Source of the DNA: an uncultured Planctomycetota bacterium
GTDB taxonomy: Bacteria; Planctomycetota; PLA2; JAEUHO01
Direction: 5' to 3'
DNA: 64,000 nt
Assembly: GCA_963752285.1 (NCBI GenBank)
Contig: CAVVXN010000001.1
Span: 224,001-288,000, forward strand
The notes beneath the pieces were generated by a model. It did not search any database, was not told the origin of the DNA, and saw nothing but the letters and a program-made list of their open reading frames with translations. The position numbers were made by a program, and so were the translations under genes. Shown here one piece after another: positions 1 to 6,583 of the stretch (positions within the stretch are counted from its first letter, which is position 1; each line of letters starts with the position of its first letter).

Positions 1-116
1 GTGGGGAGATTTCCCAAGTCACGCGAGGGCAACGACTTGTGTCTCCACATCCCCGGTGGACAAGTGGAGAAGTCGGGTGGAGTGGGACTCGGCCCGCCCA
101 ATCGCGACAAATGGCG

Positions 117-3100
117 TCAGACCCCGGTCCGTCGGCGGTAGACGCGGGCCCGCGCTTCGCCGTGCGCTTCGACCAGCCGGTGGTCTACGAGCCGCCCCAA
201 CTCCCGGTTGACCGTGCGGGGCGAGACGCCGAGCTCGCGGGCGAGAGCGGGGGCGGCGAGCCAGCGCTTCTCGAGCAGCGTGAGGAGACGTTCCGACCGT
301 GGACCGCGCGCCGCGGGTTCGAGCCGCCGGCCGAGCGCCTTTCGGGTGAGGCGGGCCCGCTGCGCGATCGCGTTCTCGACCACGTCGGGCGGGACCGAAG
401 GTCCGTCCGAGAGCAGGGCGGCGGCGCGGAGCACGCTGTCGAGCTCGCGGACGTTGCCGGGCCACGAGTAGGTGGAGAGCGCCGCGAGGGTGTCGGGCTC
501 GAGGATGCGCGGCGGGTCGAGCTTCTCGAGCAGGTACGCGGAGAGGAGCGCGAGGTCTCCGCCGCGTTCGCGGAGCGGAGGCAGGAAGATCGTCACGACG
601 CTGAGTCGATGAAAGAGGTCCTCTCGGAAGCGGCCCGCCGCCACCTCGTCCGCGAGGTCCTGGTGGCTGGCCGAGACGATGCGTACATCGACCTCTCGCG
701 TGCGGGTCCCGCCTACCGGGGTCACGCGCTTCTCCTCGATCACGCGCAGGAGCGCCACCTGCATGGCGGGCGACATGTCCGCGACCTCGTCGAGGAACAA
801 CGTGCCGCGGTGCGCCCGGACGATGACGCCCATGCGGTTCCGGTCCGCGCCGGTGAACGCGCCACGGACGTGTCCGAAGAGCTCCGAGGCCAGCACGTCG
901 GGTGCGACGGCGCCACAGTTCAAGGGTACGAACGGACCTTGTGCCCGGCCGGACGCGGCGTGGAGTGCGTGGGCGATGCGCTCCTTCCCGGTGCCGGTCT
1001 CGCCGCGGAGAACGACCGCGCACCGAGACCTCGCGACGCGCATCACCTGGTCGATGACGCGGCGCCAGGGGCGCGAGCGACCGATCAGCCCCTCGCCCGC
1101 GAGCGCCGGCATCTCGGCGGGGCGGCGCCGCACGGCCTCGAGAGCGGTCCGGCTCGACGGGTCGGCCTTCCGCGTCTCGAAGAACCGGAGGACCGCGCGG
1201 ACGGCGCGGATCTCGCGCCTCGTGAACTTCCGGCGTCGTGCCAGGCACGCCACACCGTCGCCGATCGGCACACAGAGCACGCTGCGCGGCCGTCGCTGTT
1301 CCGGCCGCCAGAACTCGGGCCGCGGCCGGACGCCCCGCGGCCGAAAATGCCGCTCGCGCACGAGACAGTGGATCGTCCACGTCGAGAGCGTGTGCTCGGC
1401 CTGCGGCCGCATGTAGAGGTAGTCGCCGCGCCGGTAGTGGAAGAGCACCCACCCCCCGACCATCCGCGCGAGCTCCCGAGTCAACCGCCGCTCGATCTCG
1501 TCCTCCCGCCCCACACGCCCCGCCGCAATCAGCGCATCCAAGGCATCAATCACCCGCGCTGGGCGTGCGCGTCCACTCGTAACTGCAACCCGCCTAGCCA
1601 GCGCCCTGACACAAACAGGCAAATTCCGCAGCGCTGGGCCGTCGAAGCCGTGTGCCTTCGCCACTCGCTCACAACATGATCTGTAGTCCTCAAGAAGGGG
1701 TATGGATGGTTCCCGCCCAAATCGTCTCGAAAGCCCGGCCAACTTGACGTATGCATCCAGCCCACACGCCAGTGCACCGATGGCCGAAGCCAGGTCGGAT
1801 GCCCAAATGTGCTGGCGTGCCGCCGCGAGCGAGAGGAGAAGGTGTCTGGCCCACGACGGCTCACCGCGCGCCTCGCGGCTGAGGTACTGGCGGTACTTCC
1901 GGGGGACTGGTCGGCCTCTCCACGTGCTGCCGCACAGCCGCAGGAGCAAGCCCTCGCTGACGCTGGGCGCCTCCGGGCTTGCGAGTACCGGTGCCGCGGA
2001 GGACCTTGCTTCGCGGTACTGCGCCAGAAGAGGCGCCGGACTCGCCATCGCGTGCTCCGTGCCGGGAGAGTTCCGCAATCCGGGTGGGAGTACTCCAAGC
2101 GAGTGCAAATGCAGGGCGACGCGGCTCTCATCAGGCAACGACGCGGCCTTGCGCGCCAGACCCGTGAACCGGTTCTTGTCTAGTGCTTCGAGTACGCTGA
2201 GGTGGATTCGCAGTTCCGGTGTCATCGGGATGCGCGTCGAGCCAAACCGATGGGATTTGTCCAGAAGCTTGGCGCGCGTGGGATGAAGGCGATAGCCCTG
2301 ACCCGCTCGCTCCATGACGTCCACAATCAAGGACGCTCGAGAGCGTGAAAGGTGCCCGGCTCGGTGCTCCGAAACCGCGCAGTCCGTCGTGGCGTTCCAC
2401 GCGGACGATCTGATGCCAGCGAGTAATACTGTGCGCAAACCACGGTGGACAACACGAGTAATCTGCGTGCGTTCGAACTGCCACGCCATGCGTCTTCGAA
2501 ACGAGCGGGCCAGAGCTGCCATCTTCTTCAGGCCGGCGGCGCGGCAACGCACTTCCGCCCGCATTGCAAGTCGATGGCGATATGTCACCGGATGAGCCGA
2601 ATACGAGGCGGCGACCGCGAGCCCGTAGGCGGCGAAGGCTCGCATAATGAGCGCCGCGCCTGGCGGCGCCGAGCGCAGGTGTGTCCGGATGCCCGCGATC
2701 GTCGGCCGGTCTCGCTGCAGGATCGCCGCCAGAATCGCCTGCGCGTATGGAGATAGGCCACTCAAGTGGCGGTGAAGCTTGCCCGCTATCAATTTGTAGA
2801 CACTGCGCGCGATGCGACGCTGTCCATCTGTCTTAGGCAACATGACGACCAAGTGTTCAGCGATCTGCAGCAGTCGTAATTGTGAATCCGAACGCCGCGC
2901 GAGCCAGCGCAATTTGGCGAGGTACCCCTCGTGCTCTGCGTTCTGCCGCAGAAGGAATGAAGATGCGCTCCGGGATCTGCGTCGTCGCGGACGGTCCAGG
3001 AACAGCGTGCGCACAAACCGCAGGGTGGCCGGTGTGGGGTCGCAGTAGGTCAGCAGCATCGCGAGAGCCAAGGAGTGGGCCGGAACAGCAGAATTGATGC

Positions 3101-3302
3101 TGATCGCGATGACCGTGGGGGCGGGCCGGCCTCGCGCCCGCCTTCTCGACAGCTCCAGCGCGAGGGCCATGGCGCCGTCAGTCGCCTCCGGACGCGGGAT
3201 CACAACTCTGCGCCCGACGCGCCGGTTCGCCCCCGTTCCCTTATGGGGACCCCTCGGCCTACTCCCCGAAACCGCAACTAACAAGGGGCGAACATACATC
3301 AC
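117..3302 (-). CDS. Sigma54-dependent transcriptional activator (bEBP) with long divergent N-terminal region, degenerate GAF-like segment, AAA+ domain and C-terminal winged HTH
   Basis: 1061-aa ORF with Walker A GETGTGKE, ELFGHVRGAFTGA (GAFTGA at 846-863), Walker B LFLDEV, FREDLFHRL and WPGNVREL. SVLCVPI is GAF-like. The exact start codon is uncertain and the N-terminal ~590 aa have atypical codon usage. Confidence 0.88.
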   Translation of the reverse strand: MMYVRPLLVAVSGSRPRGPHKGTGANRRVGRRVVIPRPEATDGAMALALELSRRRARGRPAPTVIAISINSAVPAHSLALAMLLTYCDPTPATLRFVRTLFLDRPRRRRSRSASSFLLRQNAEHEGYLAKLRWLARRSDSQLRLLQIAEHLVVMLPKTDGQRRIARSVYKLIAGKLHRHLSGLSPYAQAILAAILQRDRPTIAGIRTHLRSAPPGAALIMRAFAAYGLAVAASYSAHPVTYRHRLAMRAEVRCRAAGLKKMAALARSFRRRMAWQFERTQITRVVHRGLRTVLLAGIRSSAWNATTDCAVSEHRAGHLSRSRASLIVDVMERAGQGYRLHPTRAKLLDKSHRFGSTRIPMTPELRIHLSVLEALDKNRFTGLARKAASLPDESRVALHLHSLGVLPPGLRNSPGTEHAMASPAPLLAQYREARSSAAPVLASPEAPSVSEGLLLRLCGSTWRGRPVPRKYRQYLSREARGEPSWARHLLLSLAAARQHIWASDLASAIGALACGLDAYVKLAGLSRRFGREPSIPLLEDYRSCCERVAKAHGFDGPALRNLPVCVRALARRVAVTSGRARPARVIDALDALIAAGRVGREDEIERRLTRELARMVGGWVLFHYRRGDYLYMRPQAEHTLSTWTIHCLVRERHFRPRGVRPRPEFWRPEQRRPRSVLCVPIGDGVACLARRRKFTRREIRAVRAVLRFFETRKADPSSRTALEAVRRRPAEMPALAGEGLIGRSRPWRRVIDQVMRVARSRCAVVLRGETGTGKERIAHALHAASGRAQGPFVPLNCGAVAPDVLASELFGHVRGAFTGADRNRMGVIVRAHRGTLFLDEVADMSPAMQVALLRVIEEKRVTPVGGTRTREVDVRIVSASHQDLADEVAAGRFREDLFHRLSVVTIFLPPLRERGGDLALLSAYLLEKLDPPRILEPDTLAALSTYSWPGNVRELDSVLRAAALLSDGPSVPPDVVENAIAQRARLTRKALGRRLEPAARGPRSERLLTLLEKRWLAAPALARELGVSPRTVNRELGRLVDHRLVEAHGEARARVYRRRTGV

Positions 3303-3389
3303 TCCGGATCATCCACTACCCGCGGAGTGCCGTGCAAGGCCTAAAACTACGGGCCCCACCCGCCAGAGGACATCTGGGTCCGGTGTTCA

Positions 3390-3437
3390 GAAATCTAAAC
3401 GCCCAAAGTTGAGATTTCGCGCGGCGTGTCCTATTCT
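3390..3437 (+). promoter_or_regulatory. Sigma70-type promoter TTGAGA-N17-TATTCT overlapped by an 11-bp inverted repeat (putative operator)
   Basis: -35 at 3409-3414 and -10 at 3432-3437. The inverted repeat GAAATCTAAAC (3390-3400) / GTTGAGATTTC (3408-3418) matches at 10/11 positions with a 7-bp spacer. Confidence 0.6.
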
Positions 3438-3494
3438 CTCACCACCTCGATGGGCGCTCGGTGCGTCGAGGAGTAGCACGTGGAGGGTGGCTCG

Positions 3495-3830
3495 ATGCGA
3501 AAGCTCGTGGCGCTCACGTTAGTGGTCGCCGTAGCCATAGCGCTGACGGCATCGGCGAAGGCTGGCCCGAGCCCGATGGGCGTGCGGTATCAGCACGACG
3601 GCTTCCTCGGGACTCTGAGTTTCGCCGAAGCGCAGGGGCATCTCTATATCGCGGAAGATTCGCATGGTCTCCCGGTCGGCACCGGGCCCATCCCCCTTCC
3701 GCTGTGGAGCGTGCCGACGCCCAACTGTGGGCCGGACAAGAACGGGACGATCCTACGGGTGCACATCCTCCCGGAGGACATCCTTGTCACCATCTCGGAC
3801 AACGACGAAGACTGGCGCTGGCTGCGCTAG
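3495..3830 (+). CDS. Small secreted protein (111 aa) of unknown function
   Basis: GGAGGG RBS at 3482-3487. MRKLVALTLVVAVAIALTASAKA is a classic Sec signal peptide with an AxA site. A promoter lies upstream and a hairpin downstream. Confidence 0.8.
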   Translation: MRKLVALTLVVAVAIALTASAKAGPSPMGVRYQHDGFLGTLSFAEAQGHLYIAEDSHGLPVGTGPIPLPLWSVPTPNCGPDKNGTILRVHILPEDILVTISDNDEDWRWLR

Positions 3831-3868
3831 CCACGATCCAAGTTCGAGATCCGCTTGGGCAACACTCG

Positions 3869-3892
3869 GGGCCGGCTCGGAAGAGCCGGCCC
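3869..3892. terminator. Hairpin between convergent genes
   Basis: GGGCCGGCTC-GGAA-GAGCCGGCCC, a perfect 10-bp stem with a GNRA loop, abutting the stop codon at 3893-3895. No U-tract. Confidence 0.55.
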
Positions 3893-6022
3893 TTACTCTG
3901 CGCCCGCCGATACGAAGCGCGCGAGTAGTTGGCTTGCCCGCTCCATGGGGAAGGGTTTCGCCAGAACCTCAGCAGCGCCCGCGGCTAGTGCCCTATTCGG
4001 ATCCACATCGCTTGCCCACCCGCTCATGAGAACCACCGGAAGGTTGGGGTGCAAAGCGCGCAACTGGCTGCACAGTTCAATGCCACTCATCCCCGGCATG
4101 CCAACGTCAGAAAGGACTACATCTGGCCTCTCCGCCCGAGCAATGCGAAGCGCCTCCTCGCCGCTCGTGGCCCGAATGACCCGAAAATTGCGGCGTTCTA
4201 GATAGGAGCACACCGGGTCAAGGACGGATGCATCGTCATCTACTACGAGCACCGTCCCTGATCCGGGGCGATCCTTCCGGGGCGCAGGCACATCATCGCC
4301 CCGGCCGGCCGTGGCGCGCTGAGCGGCCGGAAGGGAGAAGGTCACTACAGTTCCCTTTCCGGGTGGGCAGGCGAGGGAAATCCTGCCGCCGTGCTTCTCC
4401 ACGATTTGCTGGCATAGGCAAAGCCCGAGCCCTGTCCCGCGCTCACCCTTCGTTGTAAAGAATGGATCGAACACTCGCTCCCTAAGTTGCACCGCGATCC
4501 CACAGCCGTTGTCGCGCACGGTGACTTGAACCCGGCCGCCTCGCCGTGCCGCGGTAACGCCGATGCGGCCACCGACTTCGATCGCCTCAAGAGCATTTTT
4601 CAACAGGTTTGTCATCACCTCGCGGAGTTCCGTGGGGTCGCCTCGCACTTGAAGTTGGGTTTCACACCGAAGTTGGACAACGGCTGTCTGCTCGCTGCCG
4701 CCGCGCCCGCCGCGCCAAAGAGGGCGCAGAAGATCGATCGCGTCGCGACACACGTCCTCCATATTCAGCACACGGAAGTCATGTTGCCTTTGATTCCTGC
4801 TGAACGTCTGTAGCCTGCGCACAACCTCTGCCGCGTCGAGAGCGGCACGCTCTATTAGCGCCAAATCTGCTTGCGCCTGGCCTGCGAGTGAGCCAAGGCT
4901 CATCATCTGTACGCGCGCCAGTATGGACGTGAGAAGATTATTGAACTCATGCGCGACGCCACTACTGATTTCTCCAATGACGCGTAGACGTTCGCCCCTA
5001 ACAAGCCGGTCCTGGAGCGTCTTCAGTTCCAAGAACGACGCCTGGATGTTCTCGAGTAGCCTCGTGGACTCCAGAGCCGCAGCCGCTTGCTCGGCGAACA
5101 GTGAGAGGACTTCCAGGTCGATACGGTCGAATGCGATGGCCCGGTCGGTGTCCACATACAACACTCCGTACATGACATCATTGCGAAGCATTGGCACACA
5201 GAGGATCGATTGCCGAAGAAGCATAATGCTGTGAGCGCCGGCAAGTTCGTTCGGAGATAGTCCCTGTACCGAAGAGGAGTCCAGGCCGTCAGATGCAGGG
5301 CTAAGATTGACAGGGCGCCTGGTCGACCGGACCTTCTCGATCACCGTGTGGCTGAGGTCGCTTAGGCTGACCTGCTCGCCCGCCGAAGCGGCCCAGCTAC
5401 TGGCGCCAAGAGCGAGGGATTGAGATTCGTCGACCAGAACGACGCAGGCCCGCTGGGCCCCCATGATCTCGGTCATGTGGCCAGTCAGGCCGTCCAGTAG
5501 TTGTTTCAAGCCCCCGCCGGAGCGCATGGCGGCAGAGGCCTCAAGCACGCGCCGAAGCGCGAGGGCGAGACGCTGGTCCGGAACAACGGTGGACCCCTGG
5601 TCCACCAGTGCCTTGTGCGCAACCGCATGAAGGTCTAAGAGGCCTAGTTTCCTTGGAAGCGGCAAGCCGGACGCGGCAGAGAGGTCCTGGGCGGCTAGCC
5701 GAACTTCATCTGAGAGTCCGGTGCGCGTTCCTGCATGTTGAATACCAATGCGGTCCAGGGTGGAGACCGCGCTCGAGAACAAACTGGCGCGCACGCGAGC
5801 CGAATGGGGAGGGGTGGCTGCGCACATTGCGGCAAGAACTCTTGCGGCTAGCGAACGCAGATTCGAGGCACGCGCGAAAGCATCCAAAACAGGAAACAGA
5901 GCGCGGCGCACGCCGTCGGACCCGGACGCGTGCAGTGCGCAAGCAGTATTCGGCTGCAAGGCGCCCGTCCTGGCCCGCGGGTATTGCGGGGGCGGGGGGC
6001 CGACGCGCCGAGGAGGAATCAT
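3893..6022 (-). CDS. GAF-histidine kinase-receiver hybrid; C-terminal part of a frameshifted giant signalling gene (3893-9484)
   Basis: GAF SILCVPM...GVLYVD; H-box GVAHEFNNLL; N-box NLLKNALEA; G1 DNGCGI; F/G2 FDPFFTTK..GTGLGL; receiver VLVVDDD, LSDVGMPGMSG, MSGW, KPF. The annotated start is probably not real. Confidence 0.88.
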   Translation of the reverse strand: MIPPRRVGPPPPQYPRARTGALQPNTACALHASGSDGVRRALFPVLDAFARASNLRSLAARVLAAMCAATPPHSARVRASLFSSAVSTLDRIGIQHAGTRTGLSDEVRLAAQDLSAASGLPLPRKLGLLDLHAVAHKALVDQGSTVVPDQRLALALRRVLEASAAMRSGGGLKQLLDGLTGHMTEIMGAQRACVVLVDESQSLALGASSWAASAGEQVSLSDLSHTVIEKVRSTRRPVNLSPASDGLDSSSVQGLSPNELAGAHSIMLLRQSILCVPMLRNDVMYGVLYVDTDRAIAFDRIDLEVLSLFAEQAAAALESTRLLENIQASFLELKTLQDRLVRGERLRVIGEISSGVAHEFNNLLTSILARVQMMSLGSLAGQAQADLALIERAALDAAEVVRRLQTFSRNQRQHDFRVLNMEDVCRDAIDLLRPLWRGGRGGSEQTAVVQLRCETQLQVRGDPTELREVMTNLLKNALEAIEVGGRIGVTAARRGGRVQVTVRDNGCGIAVQLRERVFDPFFTTKGERGTGLGLCLCQQIVEKHGGRISLACPPGKGTVVTFSLPAAQRATAGRGDDVPAPRKDRPGSGTVLVVDDDASVLDPVCSYLERRNFRVIRATSGEEALRIARAERPDVVLSDVGMPGMSGIELCSQLRALHPNLPVVLMSGWASDVDPNRALAAGAAEVLAKPFPMERASQLLARFVSAGAE

Positions 6023-6512
6023 CGAGATGCTCTCTCAAGCGGGTGCGTCGGGCCCATAGCATCGCGCGATAGAGTGCGCGATACTGTGTATGCAGGGCGG
6101 GCCGTCGAGCTTGGGGAGTAGCAGAGAGCGTCACCGTGCCGCCCGCACCGGCCTCAGAAAGGTGCGAGAGGTAGTCGAGTCCGTCACGCTCGTTTTGGAG
6201 AAGTGCGTCTCGGTATCGGGACGCGCGTGAGAGGGACACTGTGTGCCGTTGACTGAGGCCTGCGTGCAGGTGTGCAAGTGCTGCGCTGTAGTAGTGCATC
6301 CCTCTGACATATAGGGGTGTGTTCTCGGCTGGGACGCCGCTAGAAAGCGGCGCCTCACGCGCTGCCGTTGCAGTCGTACGCAGCACTTCCACGTAGACCG
6401 ACATAGCTCCAAGAGCGGCGGCGAGTGGCGCGAGTTCGCGTGCGACCGCCGGTGCTTGATCGAACCTGGAAAACCGTTTCGCTACATGCCATGCTCGCAT
6501 GTACGCAGTCAT
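5706..6512 (-). CDS. Middle, TPR-like helical fragment of the frameshifted giant signalling gene
   Basis: This frame is open upstream to about 6650, reading ELVHAVLFASDCVGIAQRHGLTDTLIRALRELADAYDRQYRPDLAMTAY, which continues the TPR pattern of the upstream ORF. Confidence 0.55.
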   Translation of the reverse strand: MTAYMRAWHVAKRFSRFDQAPAVARELAPLAAALGAMSVYVEVLRTTATAAREAPLSSGVPAENTPLYVRGMHYYSAALAHLHAGLSQRHTVSLSRASRYRDALLQNERDGLDYLSHLSEAGAGGTVTLSATPQARRPALHTQYRALYRAMLWARRTRLREHLDDSSSARRPPAPAIPAGQDGRLAAEYCLRTARVRVRRRAPRSVSCFGCFRACLESAFASRKSSCRNVRSHPSPFGSRARQFVLERGLHPGPHWYSTCRNAHRTLR

Positions 6513-6583
6513 GGCGAGGTCAGGTCTGTACTGGCGGTCGTACGCGTCGGCAAGTTCTCTAAGAGCGCGAATGAGGGTGTCGG

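Noticed and set aside
35..65. Imperfect inverted repeat ACTTGT...ACAAGT downstream of the activator gene
   Set aside because: It is short, interrupted and at the window edge, so a terminator, an enhancer site and chance cannot be told apart.
3316..3340. Sigma54 -24/-12 promoter near GGCAC/TTGC on the minus strand
   Set aside because: The elements occur as TTGCACGGCAC, in the wrong order and spacing.
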